64,000 nt of DNA from Heteronotia binoei (taxonomy: Eukaryota): contig NC_083223.1 of assembly GCF_032191835.1 (NCBI RefSeq), forward strand, positions 54,746,001 to 54,810,000, written 5' to 3'. The translations under genes and the position numbers were made by a program. Positions 24,046 through 36,800 of this stretch are shown piece after piece. How positions within the stretch are numbered: the first letter of the stretch is position 1; each line of letters opens with the position of its first letter. The notes beneath the pieces were generated by a model. It saw only the letters and a list, made by a program, of their open reading frames with translations, ran no database searches and was not told the DNA's origin.

Positions 24046-24156
24046 CCCTGGTCTCCTGGAGAGTAAGAGCAACATAAGTGCCAACAGTTCCTGTGGTCTA
24101 CTCGTGAGTAACAGCCGTTTATTGGGCGTGGCAGTTTTTGTCTTCACATAGGCACA

Positions 24157-27100
24157 ATGGAGTCTTGTATCCAAGTCTCCAGTTTTCTTGTCAAGAAGCT
24201 GAATGGAGATAATTACAGCACCTGGTCTGAGAAGGTCACTATGCTTCTAAAATACCAAGGTTTGTGGGAGTACGTGACGAATCCACCCGATGTAGCCAGA
24301 TTAGACGCAGCTGATGATGCCGTAGAAATTGCTAAACACAAAAGCAATGAGGATAAGGCTTGTGCTTTAATTGGTCTCACTTTGGAAGACAGCCAGCTTA
24401 TCCATATAAAAACCTCCAACAGTGCAAAAGCATGTTGGGATGCCCTAAAGTCACTTTATGTCAGTGAAGGTGTGGGGTCCCATACATATTTAATGAAGAA
24501 ACTCCTTAAGGCAAGATATGAGGCTGGTGGGGATATGAGTAACCACCTAGAATTCATGAAACGTAATTTGCAGCTGCTGCAAGAGAAAGAGGTGATTTTT
24601 TCTGAGCAACAGCAAGCTTACATAATCCTTTGCTCCCTGGACGCTAGTTATAATCAGTTTGTAGCCAACTTGGATATATTACCAAGAACTGAGATAACAG
24701 TGTCTAACATCACCCACCGTTTAATGAATGAGGACATGAGGAGGAGGGATGCAGCTATGTTCCAGCAATCTCCAGCTCATTCAGTCAAGTCTCCCGGCCG
24801 GGAGGAATTTAAAGGGGCAGATAATCATGCAGCAAATGATAAAATTTACTCAGTAAGGAGATGTTTTTTGTGTAACAGCTCAAAACACCTCAAGCACCAA
24901 TGTAAACGCTTCAAGGAGAAACAGTCTTCAGTTACTCCCAAGGGAGGAAAGCACGTGAACCTTGTTGTTAACAATTCTTCCTACAGCACCCAGTTCTTAA
25001 TTGATAGTGGAGCGACAGTGAACATCATTAAGAACAAAAATCTCTTTGACACCTACACACCAGTTAAAGGTCAGTGTGTCAAATTAGCAGATGGGCTTTG
25101 TGCCCGGGTAGCAGGAAATGGTCTTGTTGAAATTCCTAGCCTTAAAAGGAAACTTCAAATGCTTCATGTGCCGAGTTTAAAGTATAATATGATATCTGTA
25201 TCTACTTTGACTGAGCAAAATTTTAAAGTCTCTTTTACAGCTGACAGCTGCCTGATTAATGCAGATGACATTTCTGTTGTGGCCAAAAGGAAAGACAATT
25301 TATATTTCTTGGAGAAAGAAAATATGATCCACCATGTGAGTATGAATAGGCCTCCTCACGAGGAGTGCATTCACATGTGGCACAGAAGGTTGGGGCATAT
25401 AAATTTCCATGCTGTTAAAAGAACATTACAAGCAGCTGAAATTACCCCCAAGGCCTGCAATTGTTTTGTTGACTGTGAAATCTGCAAAGCAACAAAATCA
25501 AAAGCAGCACCAACAGTATCTCCAACAAAATTCAAGACTGATGCAATACTGGACCTTGTTTTCCTTGACCTGATTGGACCCTTTCCAACCAGAAGTGTGG
25601 GCGGAGCTAAATTCTGTTTGCATATAGAGGATCATCATTCTCGCTATGGTTTTTGTTTTTTACTTAGATCAAAGGCTGAGACGTATCAAACTTTCAGCAA
25701 TTGGTTTCGTTTCATCAAGAGGAAAACAGATAGAGTTCCACGCACTATCATTACTGATAATGGTACAGAATTTTGTAATGATAAAATGTTTTCCCTATGT
25801 AGGAGATATGGAATCAGTCATCAACGTACGGCACCGTATCGACCACAACATAATTCATTTTGTGAAAGGAGAAATCAAACCCTTTATAATATGTGCATCT
25901 CTATGCTGAGAGATAGCAACCTACCAATGTGTTATTGGGGGGAAAGTATAATGTGTGCTTCCCATGTTCTAAATTACTCTTGGTCTTCTGCTATTGGAAA
26001 AATACCAGCTGAGATATGGTATGGCAGAAAAGTTACAATTAACCATATAAAGATATTTGGGATATCAGCTTATGTAAATATCCCAAAGCAGCTCCAGAGA
26101 AAGGGGCAAAACAAGGCTGTTAAGTTGTTATTTCTTGGTTATGCAAATAATCACAAGGCTTACAGATTTTCCCAAGTAGGTGAAAAGAAGATAACAACTT
26201 CGTGCTCTGCAAAATTTCTGGAAAACTCTGTGGGTTGGGAGAGAACGTCCTCTACAGTATTCCTGCCTACAGCAGAGAAAACTGATACGCAGCTACCAAC
26301 GAGAGGCGAGAGGCGGAGCCCTTCACCCAGCAGCAGAGACATCAAGCCAGAACCTGTAACACCTCCATCTTCAGGAGCGGGAGTGTCACAGCAGCAGCAG
26401 CAGCAGCCAGATGACCAGCATACAGCGCCAGATGAGGCAACAACACCGGTTCTACGACGATCTACGAGAGAAACACGTCCTCCAGATCGCTACAGTCCGG
26501 GCCAAGCGTGCATCGTTCTTGCTGAACCTTCTAGCTACGAGAGCATCAAGCATCTAACGCAAGATGAACAGACTGGATGGTCAGAGGCCATAAATGCGGA
26601 ACTTGAGTCGTTGAAAAGTCTGCAAGTGTATGAAGAGTCTGTAATACCACCTAACCAAAAACTCATAGGGTGTAGATGGGTTTTTAAGTTAAAATCTGGA
26701 TCTGATGGAAAGGTGCAGTACAAGGCTAGACTTGTGGCACAAGGGTACTTACAGTCAGCACTAGACTATGACGAAACTTTTTCACCAACACTCAAGGCCA
26801 CATCAATCTATTGTGCATTGTCTTATGCAGCAAAGCACAATTGTGTAATTAGACACCTTGATGTCAAAACCACATACCTGCACGCACCTCTAGAACATAC
26901 AATTTATATGAAATTGCCACCAGGTGTGTCTGGTGAAAATGGCAATGTTAATTCATGCTGGAAACTTAAAAAATCTTTGTACGGGTTAAAACAATCTGGG
27001 CATCAGTGGAACCAGTATTTAACAGAATGTTTGAAAAAGCTAGGTTTCAAACAAGGTGTAGCTGACCAATGTATATTTGTCAAGGGAAAAGGGGAGCAGC

Positions 27101-28056
27101 AATGCTTAATACTTGTTTTTGTAGACGACTTAGCTATAATTTGTAGAAATGCAAAAATGCTAAATACCATTGTTGAAACTCTAAAGAACCAATTTACAGT
27201 GAGGGATCTGGGCAACATCAGACAGTATGTTGGCTTAGACATAGAATGTGTAAATGGAGGGTACCGAGTCTCACAAAGGGGTAAAATAACTCAGTTATTA
27301 AAAAATTACAAAATGGACCAAAGCAAGGGAGTTAAATGTCCTATGCTGCAGGATTTTGATATTGATGACAATCAGAGTCCATTATTTGACCAAAGCATTT
27401 ATCAGTCCTTGATTGGCAGTCTTTTATATATAGCAAACTGGTCTAGGCCTGATATTGAGATGGCAACCAACCAATTGGCCAGGGCGGTGAAGCAGCCAAG
27501 ACAGTGCCATTGGATAGCGGCAAAACACATCCTTAGGTACTTGAAACATACCTTAGAATACAGTTTGTTTATTACACCTACTAAAGACCTAAGAATATAT
27601 GCTTATGCAGATGCAAGTTTTGCCAGTGACCAAAACACCCGACAGTCCACTACCGGATTGGCAATTTTCTTTGGTGGTGCACTAATAGGATGGAAATCTT
27701 TGAAACAGCGACATGTAGCCCTCTCGTCATGCGAGGCAGAGTATTCAGCACTCAGTACAGTGTGCAGTGAACTTATCTGGTACAAACAATTACTATCTGA
27801 CATTGGTTTGTGTTATGTAGAACCTATCACTGTGTATGAGGACAATCAATCAGCTATCAAGCTAGCAAACAGTCTAGGAGTAAAATCTAGATCAAAACAC
27901 ACAGATGTAAGGTTTCACAATGTAAAACAATGCTTGGAAGATAAACTAATCAATCTTGAATACTGCGCTACAGCTGAAAATATTGCTGATATCTTTACAA
28001 AGTCTCAGACACCTGTTAAACACAAGGACAACTGTCTGAAACTAGGTTTAAAGTAA
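24157..28056 (+). CDS. Copia Gag-Pol polyprotein, 1299 aa, uninterrupted
   Basis: Knuckle CFLCNSSKHLKHQC; protease IDSGAT; HHCC WHRRLGH...CEIC; integrase DLIGP / TDNG / ERRN; RT KARLVAQG, LYGLKQS, VFVDD; RNase H YADAS, CEAEY, EDNQSA, ADIFTK. Confidence 0.97.
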   Translation: MESCIQVSSFLVKKLNGDNYSTWSEKVTMLLKYQGLWEYVTNPPDVARLDAADDAVEIAKHKSNEDKACALIGLTLEDSQLIHIKTSNSAKACWDALKSLYVSEGVGSHTYLMKKLLKARYEAGGDMSNHLEFMKRNLQLLQEKEVIFSEQQQAYIILCSLDASYNQFVANLDILPRTEITVSNITHRLMNEDMRRRDAAMFQQSPAHSVKSPGREEFKGADNHAANDKIYSVRRCFLCNSSKHLKHQCKRFKEKQSSVTPKGGKHVNLVVNNSSYSTQFLIDSGATVNIIKNKNLFDTYTPVKGQCVKLADGLCARVAGNGLVEIPSLKRKLQMLHVPSLKYNMISVSTLTEQNFKVSFTADSCLINADDISVVAKRKDNLYFLEKENMIHHVSMNRPPHEECIHMWHRRLGHINFHAVKRTLQAAEITPKACNCFVDCEICKATKSKAAPTVSPTKFKTDAILDLVFLDLIGPFPTRSVGGAKFCLHIEDHHSRYGFCFLLRSKAETYQTFSNWFRFIKRKTDRVPRTIITDNGTEFCNDKMFSLCRRYGISHQRTAPYRPQHNSFCERRNQTLYNMCISMLRDSNLPMCYWGESIMCASHVLNYSWSSAIGKIPAEIWYGRKVTINHIKIFGISAYVNIPKQLQRKGQNKAVKLLFLGYANNHKAYRFSQVGEKKITTSCSAKFLENSVGWERTSSTVFLPTAEKTDTQLPTRGERRSPSPSSRDIKPEPVTPPSSGAGVSQQQQQQPDDQHTAPDEATTPVLRRSTRETRPPDRYSPGQACIVLAEPSSYESIKHLTQDEQTGWSEAINAELESLKSLQVYEESVIPPNQKLIGCRWVFKLKSGSDGKVQYKARLVAQGYLQSALDYDETFSPTLKATSIYCALSYAAKHNCVIRHLDVKTTYLHAPLEHTIYMKLPPGVSGENGNVNSCWKLKKSLYGLKQSGHQWNQYLTECLKKLGFKQGVADQCIFVKGKGEQQCLILVFVDDLAIICRNAKMLNTIVETLKNQFTVRDLGNIRQYVGLDIECVNGGYRVSQRGKITQLLKNYKMDQSKGVKCPMLQDFDIDDNQSPLFDQSIYQSLIGSLLYIANWSRPDIEMATNQLARAVKQPRQCHWIAAKHILRYLKHTLEYSLFITPTKDLRIYAYADASFASDQNTRQSTTGLAIFFGGALIGWKSLKQRHVALSSCEAEYSALSTVCSELIWYKQLLSDIGLCYVEPITVYEDNQSAIKLANSLGVKSRSKHTDVRFHNVKQCLEDKLINLEYCATAENIADIFTKSQTPVKHKDNCLKLGLK

Positions 28057-28122
28057 AGGTGGCAATACTACTGTATATAGACTATGAATGTTTATATGAC
28101 TGTATAGAATGTTTAGTTCCAT

Positions 28123-28133
28123 AAAGGGGAGGA
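28123..28133 (+). promoter_or_regulatory. Copia polypurine tract
   Basis: AAAGGGGAGGA immediately before the 3' LTR. Confidence 0.85.
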
Positions 28134-28641
28134 TGTCAGTGTTCAGTTGCTTTAAGACAACTAAAAACTGCTGAATCATTTTGTTATGTAACTAAGCTAT
28201 ACAGGAGTCACGAGAATCTCAGGTGCAGCTAATGAAACAATCACTGTTATGATTGGTGGGCTGTACTATATTAGTGAAAAGCCTTGCCCTGTGTGGGTGT
28301 GGTTGATGGTTGATGATAGAAGGAGCAGAAGGACGTTGTGAGTGAAGGAGTAACATCTTGCTTGTATACTGAAGCTCTGGAGGATTGCACGGCTACTGAA
28401 TTGTATGGACTGGATTTTGACTTCTCTACCTGGACTTAGAATTGGTACTGTATATTGGACAGACTGACTTTAATGTGTATGACCCATTGGCTTGCCTGAG
28501 ACTGCTTCTTACATGTTAACCCAATACAACTGTTTACTCGGCTGTCTTGGAGTTTTGTTTTCTTTACCACAGTGTTCTGGAGTTGCACTCTACTACCTAC
28601 TCCTACAGGGGCACCTTCCTACGCGTATAAAAACTCTGTCA
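28134..28641 (+). repeat. Copia 3' LTR (508 bp)
   Basis: Direct repeat of 23522-24029. Confidence 0.95.
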
Positions 28642-31600
28642 TAGAGGAACTAGAGATCAAATTGCCAACATTCGATGGATTATGGAGAAAGCATGGGAGT
28701 ATCAGAAAAATGTCTATTTCTGCTTCATTGACTATGCTAAAGCCTTTGATTGTGTGGATCACAACAAACTGTGGCAAGTCCTTCAAGAGATAGGAGTACC
28801 AGACCACCACACATGTCTCCTGAGAAACTTGTATAAGGGTCAAGAAGCAACTGTCAGAACAGGATATGGAACAACTGATTGGTTTAGAATAGGAAAAGGA
28901 GTTTGACAAGGATGTATATTGTCACCCTGCTTATTTAATTTATATGCAGAGTACATCATGTGGAATGCTGGCCTGGATGAAGCACAAGCAGGAATTAAGA
29001 TTGCTGGGGAAAAACATCAACAACCTCAGATATGCAGATGACACTACTCTAATGGCAGAAAGTGAGGAGGAGCTAAAGAACCTCTTGTTGAGGGTGAAAG
29101 AGGAGAGCACAAAACTAGGCTTGAAACTCAACATAAACAAACTAAGATCATGGCATCCGGCCCCATCACACCTTGGCAAATAGAAGGGGAAGACATGAAA
29201 GTAGTGACAGACTTCACATTTCTGGGATCCTGCAGATCACTGCAGATGGTGACTGTAGCCATGAAATTAAAAGAGGTTTGCTCCTTGGGGGGACAACTAT
29301 GGCGAACCTGGGCAGTATAATAAAAAGTAGAGACATCACCCTGCCAACAAAAGTCTGTATAGTCAAAGCAATGGTATTCCCAGTAGAAATGTATGGCTGT
29401 GAGAGCTGGACCATAAGGAAGGTCGAGCGCAGAAGAATAGATGCTTTTGAGATGTGGTGCTGGAGAAGAATCTTAAGAGTCCCTTGGACTGCAAGATCAA
29501 ATCAGTCAGTCCTAAGGGAGATCAACCCAGACTGTTCACTGGAAGGTCAGATGCTGAAGCTCAAATACTTTGGCCACCAAATGAGAAGGGAGCACTCCCT
29601 GGAGAAGATCCTAATGCTAGGAAAGACAGAAGGCAAAAGAAGAAGGGGACGGCAAAAGATGAGATGGCTGGACAGTGTTAACTGATGTAACAAACACGAA
29701 TTTGAGCAGACTTCGGAGGATGGTGGAAGACAGGACCTGGCGTGACTTTGTTCATGGGGTCGCAAAGAGTCGGACTCGATTGTGCAACTGAACAACAACA
29801 AAATAGTGCAACCCTAAACAGTTACATGCTTCCAAGTTCACTGAAGTAAATAGACTAAAAAGGGTGTAACTCTTCCTAGGAATGCACTGTTGGACTGGTT
29901 CACCCATACAAGCAACCATGAAGGTGGCCACAAGAAATACAAGGAGGAAAACTGCTCCATATGGTAAGCAGTTTGCATGAAGCACATCATGAGGCTGTGA
30001 CAATGTTTTCCATGCCATCACACATATTCATTTGTGCAGGTTGTGATCATGTGAAAATTGTATTTCCAGCAAACAACTTACATGACCGCTTGTAACTAAT
30101 CATGCTTGACTGTAATGTGCAAAAAGGGAAATGGATCTACTGAAAGAGTGGTCTTGATCCAGCCATGAGTAGGATATCAAAAATGCAGGGGGAAAATGCT
30201 AGTTGGCTTCTTATTCTATCAGCTATAGGACGTCATCACTGAAATGTCAACAGTCAATATAATTCAAAACTGTTAAAATCAGTTGAGATCTTGCCACTGA
30301 CATGGAAAGGATGAGGATTATACACAGTGACCGCTCTTTCTTTCCCAGGGTGGTAAACAATTCTATCAGCTTGCAGACCTTTGTGGAAGTTTACCAACAA
30401 CAAAAAACTTTTTCCCCCAACAGCAGATGAAGTTGAATTGAGCTCTCTCCTCCAGAACAAAGCTGAATGGAAGTGTAGTCCGTAAAGGAGCAACGTTACA
30501 CTTAAATGACATCAAATTACATCTGAAGTTAACATCTGTTCAGTTCTTAATGACTAGTGATAGAAAAGGGAATAGAAGTATTTCTGCCCGAGTCCAACAA
30601 ATACAGATCAATCTCTTTCTCTCCCAGTGGGCAAGCAGAATGCTACTGCAGAAGATAAAGGCTATATAAGAACATTCTCTGTGACGCCAGGCATCCCATC
30701 TGCCCACTCTTATTTGATAAGATAGGATAGCCTTCCATGTTCTGAGGAATGCCTCCCTCCCCACCCCATTCTAACATTGTATATAAACCACTTAGCTCAT
30801 TTTTAATTCACTAGGCTTTTGGGTCTCCTACTGAGATATGTGCATGAATAATTTAATATGAAGGTGGACTTTACCTGCTGTCCTATTGAAGAACATTCTG
30901 TTTCTGATGAGCTACCTTGTATGAAACAGCTTTGATAGCACCCTCCTTGTATTCCAGGTGTAGGAGGCAAATGTTTTCTTTTACCTGCACCATCTGGTCA
31001 GGTCCCACAGAAGATATTAACACGACTCCCGCCCATAAAGACAGATATACTTGTTAGCTGAAATCCAGTAGAGAGAGAGCACTGGATATGAGCCATTCCA
31101 CAATACAATTATATGCTGCAGATTAGTTGTGTTTGTGTTAATGAAATGAATAAAAGGAAATGGAACTAAGTAGCACTGAAATGAACATCAGTGTATAACC
31201 GCAGGATACTATTTCTTTAAGTCATATGTTGATCACTATGTGAGTGGGAAACTTTGTCATGTATATGACTATGGTAGAAATTAAGTTTCTTTTCCTAGCA
31301 CTTTCAGAGTCTCTGTCCGTATGGTTTTGGGGATTGATCTCTGAATTAGCAAAAGGCTGATAGAATCTATGGTGGTTCAACAGCAGCAGTTTTTGTATTT
31401 AGAAGATGCTAAACAATCCCAGCTAAGTACGTGCAGTCAGATATTGGGGTGCTTTCACACCGTGACTGTTTGCAAGGGGATTTTGCTATTCTTACACAGT
31501 AAAAATCCAGGTTTTTAGTATGTATGAACACACGCATTGTCAGCCTAGTAAATGGTGGATATTTAGGGTATTGGGTCTGGCAACATCTGACACTGCTGCT

Positions 31601-32243
31601 TTCTTTCCACCACAACTCCTGATTCCCATGTTGTCACTCCTACTAGAATTGGGAGTCATGTCAGGGAGACAGAAGCAATTAGGGAGCCAGGAGAGCATAA
31701 AAATTAATGTCCCTTTAAGATTTAAAGGGCCAAGGTATGCAACTCATATGTAAAGCAGGACGTAACCCTCAATCTCCCTCCCTTCCCATTTTAATTTCCT
31801 ATGATGAAGGGGGAGATGGCATGCTTGCTTTTTATTATCAGGAGTATTGTTCTGATATTTCTGGAATGACTTTCTGATATGATAACAATACTCAAAATAT
31901 TTTACACTGTCTTCTTCATTATTATACTACACAAGTTGAGACCTGCACGAAACTTGAGGGAGCGGCTATCCTATTTCCCCAGCTTTGCTTCCTCCTTTCT
32001 TCCCCTACTTCTTTCAGTCTCTTACTCTTTCCCCCTCATATCTCTCCTTCTCCCCTCTCTCCTCCATGCATGTCACTTTCTTTCTCTTTTTGCCCCATCC
32101 ATCTTTTTTCTGCTTCCAGACCTCATCACTGTTTCTCTTTCTGCCACTCACCACCACACACTTTCTCTTTCTTTCTGCCCCCCAATCACTCTCTCAGCCT
32201 TCCACCAGCTTCCCCCCATGCATAGTAACAAGTGACAGCAGTG

Positions 32244-32428
32244 TTCCAGGAATCACAATGGATCTTCCAACTACAGACATCAATACCTCCCTGAGGAAAT
32301 GGCTGCTTTGGAGGGTTGAGTCTATGGCATTTCACCTGTCTGAGGTCTCTCCCCTTCTTAAACCCCACCCTCCCAAGCCCCACCCCTCAAATCTCCAGGA
32401 ATTGCCCAACCAGGAGATGGCAACCCTA
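32244..32428. mobile_element. TAGGGTTGCCA-type MITE, left end missing
   Basis: AAATGGCTGCTTTGGAGGG...ATCTCCAGGAATT...TGGCAACCCTA. Confidence 0.6.
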
Positions 32429-32599
32429 TCTCTTTTCCCCAATAGCCAGCCTACCCTTAGTTGCCCTCTGTCTTCAGTTTTCCATCCCCCTCCCCCCGCA
32501 GCCTTTCCCTAGGAAAACTATGGTCTTTCTCTACAGTGGGGGGGGGGGGGACCAAAGCAGCTTACACTATTCTCTCCTTTCTACTCTGTACATTGTGAT

Positions 32600-32727
32600 G
32601 TAGGTTAGGCTGAAAGTATGTGACTGATCCAAAATCACCCAGTCAGCTTCCTCAGCAAGCTGGTGATATGAATTTGGATCTCCTAGACCCTACTCTGAAA
32701 CTCTAACTGCTTCACCACACTGGCTTT
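32600..32727 (-). mobile_element. tRNA-head SINE fragment
   Basis: Similar to 10630-10748. Confidence 0.5.
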
Positions 32728-32820
32728 AATAGGGTTACTACTGTTGAACAGTAACAACTACTCTGACCTAGTTGAGTCATGCAAGTCAGTATCAAGTCAC
32801 TTAGAGGTTGCTGCCAGGTC

Positions 32821-33007
32821 TAGAGTTGCCAGCCTTCACATGTGACCTGGATATATCCCAGATTTACAACTGAACTCTAGACAACAAAGGTCTTTCCCCC
32901 TTGGGAAAATTGGCTGCTTTGGAGAGTGGACTGTGTGGCATCATATCATCATGCTGCCTCCCTCACAAAATCTCCAGGAATTTTCCAGCCTGGATCTAGC
33001 AACCCTT
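32821..33007. mobile_element. TAGGGTTGCCA-type MITE
   Basis: TAGAGTTGCCAGCC...CTAGCAACCCTT, with an internal match to 10833-11030. Confidence 0.6.
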
Positions 33008-33636
33008 GCTAGGCCTGGCCCTAATGTGTCCTCCTTCAAAGGCCAAAATAAGACAGAAAGATGGCTTATTGTTTTGATATTACTTACTCTGCCACCACTT
33101 CTCTTTGTGTGCCCTCCCTATCTTGTTACCTGATGGTGTGATCACAAAGTACCAGAAGAAAATATCTATGTTATTAGGTGTAAGTATGAAACAGCTCTCC
33201 AATATCACCTAGGATTATTTGAAGGGGGGGTGGGATGGGAAAAGAGTGCTATTATACCTGCCTTAATGAACGTTCAAAGAGGAGAGATGGTGTGTTTAAA
33301 CTAGGCTTTTATCTCATTATTGCAAAATCTATAGTGTACTACTCATTACTTTTTATATAGTGTGAGATAATTTGATGCAACATGACGGCACTTTCTCCCA
33401 TCAATACCTTTTTCTTTTTTGCAACTCAGCTATCTTCAGCTTTGATTAATTTGAGGCTCACAAGGTGCAAATCAAAGTATTTCGCAGATGAGGGTTGTTT
33501 GCTTATATGAAGATCACTACACATTTAACCATACTCTTCTCTCTTGCTATATAAACATGCACGTGTGCATTGCATTGGATTGAGTCCATTGTGTACATTG
33601 CATTTGTCTTGCTAAAGAGCTATTGTGAAAAACTAT

Positions 33637-33822
33637 TTATACCATGATTTTCTCCCCAGTGGTGCCCCAAAGCAGCTTACAACATCATTTTCTCCTCCTC
33701 CATTTCATTCTCAACAAACATCCTGTGGAGTTTATCCAAGTTCATCCAGAAAGCTTTCATGGCAGATGGGAATTCAAGCCTGGTTCTCCCAAGATCCTGG
33801 TCACTCTAATCACAACACATTG
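33637..33822 (-). mobile_element. tRNA-head SINE with an L2-like tail, degenerate
   Basis: TATTTATACC...GCAGCTTACAACATCATT...GGGAATTCAAGCCTGG...CTAATCACAACACATTGG. Confidence 0.5.
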
Positions 33823-36800
33823 GTGACTAGTGTATTTTTAAGTAGTAGACATGTGAATCCTTGGGATAATGTCTATGATGTGAATTATAGAACAGAAGAG
33901 AAACTATACCAGACTATGCCTTAGATAGCAAGGCCAAATTTAAGGATATTCAGTAGAGAAGAATGAGAGGCAAGGAAGGTATTTTATAAGCACAACTACA
34001 AATCAACAACTTGGTATATTCCTTGAGTACTTGTTAATTATGGATAAATATCCTCCACCCAAGAATTCACTCTGATATTTCATTTACTGTGATTGCTCTC
34101 TGTCTATGTACGGAAGCTCAGCTGTGGCCTAGTATCTGGTGGATAGGAGGGGAATGGAAGAAAGTTGCCATCAAGCTCCCAGCACAGAGCACTCAAGTTT
34201 TTGGTTATGCAAATGAATCTGATCATAGCAGGACTATGGCTTATTACCATATGCCTTGCTACAAGGTCACATTTAAAAGCAACAGAGACTAAGATCCATG
34301 TGGCTAGAAAGTTAAGTCCTTGTGGTGCAGGAAAATCCAAATGGCTCCTGGTGGGACAGACTCCCCAAGGAAGACTATATGTTCTCTGGACATGATAGAG
34401 AATCTCTCTTCACTTTCTCTGGCATCCTGTCATCAAGCCATGATGGACTCAGATTTTACCTAGGAACTCCATCTTGTGTTTGTGGTAAGGAAAAAGCAGA
34501 GAAGATCCTACTATGAGAACTAAGGTGATGCTGAACTTTAAGTTCTACAACTTCAGGTAAAAATAGCCTGTCCTATTTAAACATCACTAGGAAGTACCTA
34601 GTATAGGGTAGTTGTTTTCATCTTTTTGTTGTTCTCATGCTTTGTCTGAAATACTTGAGCAGAACAAGTGTTAATATTTTTATTTGTTTTAAATGCTCAG
34701 TGTTTGACTCCAGGAAAAACACCACTTCCATAAGCTCTTGCTATTTGAAGTTTGGTAAAGGGGAGAAGCAGCTCAGAAGCTTGCCACTCACAGAGCATGA
34801 CAGCTCAAAACTGTAAAGTTCTGAAAGATTGCCTTCCTACTAGCTTGTGGAGCAAAATTGGAAGGCAACTAGGCAGAGCCTTTAAATAGCAACATACTTA
34901 CATAGTGCTACAGGTATGACTCCATTTGGCAGGCAATACTCTCAAGAGTCAGAGTGGCAGCAGGTGGGAGAGGTGGCAGCTGCAAGTGGAGATTTAGGAT
35001 TAGTAATGGGCATGAACCAAAATTAATCACAAACCAGGCCCGGTTTATGGTTTGTGAACCTCAGATTATGCCATCCCCCTCATGAACCTCCCAGTACCCC
35101 CCAAGTTGCTTTGGGTGGTTTGTGTCAGCAGACATGCCGGAACTGGGGCTTAGAGAATGCATATAAAGAAACCATGGTCTCTTTAAAAGCCTTCTCCAAG
35201 CCATGACATGCTGATGCAGCTCACAAAAGCCACTGAAAAGGATCTCTTTAAACAGCTTTTGCCAGCTGTACTAGCACTCCCACCGCAGTACAACACACAA
35301 GTGAATTCAGAAGGCACAAGTGGGACTTTTGCAGGTTGTGCCACATCACAAACCTTGAACAAATTAGTTAAACAGAAAGGTCCTGGAGGATCATGGTTTT
35401 TGGAGTCTCATGAACCATGAACCCTCAAACCTCCAGTTTCTCAGTTTGAGCCCATCCTTGCTTACAATGGTCATGGGCTTTCCCAGTCTCTTGGAAGGCA
35501 AACCAGAAGGAACAGGAGGGGCTTGGGAGTCCATTCCTTCACGATCATTTTGTAAATTTTCAATTCAGATTTGTACATATCATCTCATGTTGTCTGTCAT
35601 ATTATTTATCCACTAAAGTGACTGGGCTTTATATGATTTAGCAGTGGATTACAATTATTACTCTGTATTTTCCCAATTTTAAAATATTTAATTCCCCTGC
35701 CACATAAACTCAGGCTGTTTTGCACAGAATCTTATGAAATAAGGCATAAACAGAACCCATGTTGAATAATTAACAACCACTTCACTTTTCATCCGTCTGG
35801 CATGTGTTGCTTTATTAAGTTCAGGTAGCCAAGGGATATCAAATGTACGTAACAGGAATATTTCCTGACATTTCCTTTCTATGGTACCAAATAATCCCTC
35901 AAATCTAAAAAAAAATACAGTACAACCAACCGCTTAAAAACTCATGAATAACATTTCATGTACCTAGTCTCACCCTATATAAAGTTTACTTCATATGAGA
36001 CCTCTTATGCAATTTCAACAAATGCAGACCTGCAAGAAGAAATGTGTGTGATCTTCACAGACAATGGTATATGACATGACACATATAGCTGCTGCCTTCT
36101 CTCCCATTGGCCTAGCTTTTAGTAAGCTCCTTGAGCTGCACCCCTTGAGGTCACAGATGGGAATAATAACAAGACTGAATGTAATGTCACAGGAAAAGCA
36201 AGTTCCCTGTATATAGAAAATGAGAGGTCAGGAAGACATATTCACCACCTTAGTGATGCTAGGAGCCTAGTATGCTGTGCTCCCTTGTACTCTATGCCCT
36301 AGAGTTTGGGATATTGGCACAAATTTGAAGTAGTATTTGTGACCCAGAATAGGGTAGGCAATTCAAAGTATGGGTGACTGGTGCACAGATATGCCTGCAC
36401 CTAGGCTTGGGCACCAGCCTCCATTTCTTTTGTTTGGCCTTCATAAAGAAGAAAGAGAAAAGGACATGCTAAGCAAACTGTGCTGAAGGACAGGAGGATG
36501 TTTTCAGGTTCTGCTTCAGGGCTCTCAAGAACTAGCATGGTCACAAACAATGGGGAACTTCCAACATTTCCCTTAAGCATTAGGTAGTGTCTGGGAAGGA
36601 GGTGTCTGAATAGCACAGATGACTGACTATGCAAAGGCTTGGAGCCAGGTCTAGACAGCCTGATTTTAGGGATACCTGAATAAAGGAGGCCCAAACAATT
36701 GGCATCCCATTAAAGTATTGCCTGCATGGTATTGGGAGTTGAATTAGGTATGTTGCCATACCTACTACAGATCCTTTCTGCATCCACTAAAATTGTATCC

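Larger units (their letters stand above)
23522..28641 (+). mobile_element. Full-length Ty1/Copia LTR retrotransposon
   Basis: 5-bp TSD TAGAG (23517-23521, 28642-28646), TG...CA LTRs, PBS, PPT, and the gag-PR-IN-RT-RH domain order. Confidence 0.97.
22697..29801 (+). mobile_element. 5'-truncated, frameshifted BovB (RTE) LINE split by the Copia insertion (22697-23521 plus 28642-29801)
   Basis: VPEELW..ARDIVQ, KKAKWLSDEALQ, RGTRDQIANIRWIMEK, FIDYAKAFDCVDH, NLRYADDTTL, and tail CAACTGAACAACAACAA. Several frameshifts. Confidence 0.93.

Noticed and set aside
30899-30930. CTGATGAG...GAAAC hammerhead-like core
   Set aside because: Stem II does not close properly and I found no stem I or III. CTGTTTC/GAAACAG forms a competing hairpin.
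30982-31054. 73-nt minus-strand segment with acceptor- and donor-like flanks
   Set aside because: Stops in all three frames and no link to the other candidate exons.
35004-35460. Degraded TIR element (GGGCATGAACC...GAGCCCATCC)
   Set aside because: The ends are too diverged to call with confidence.
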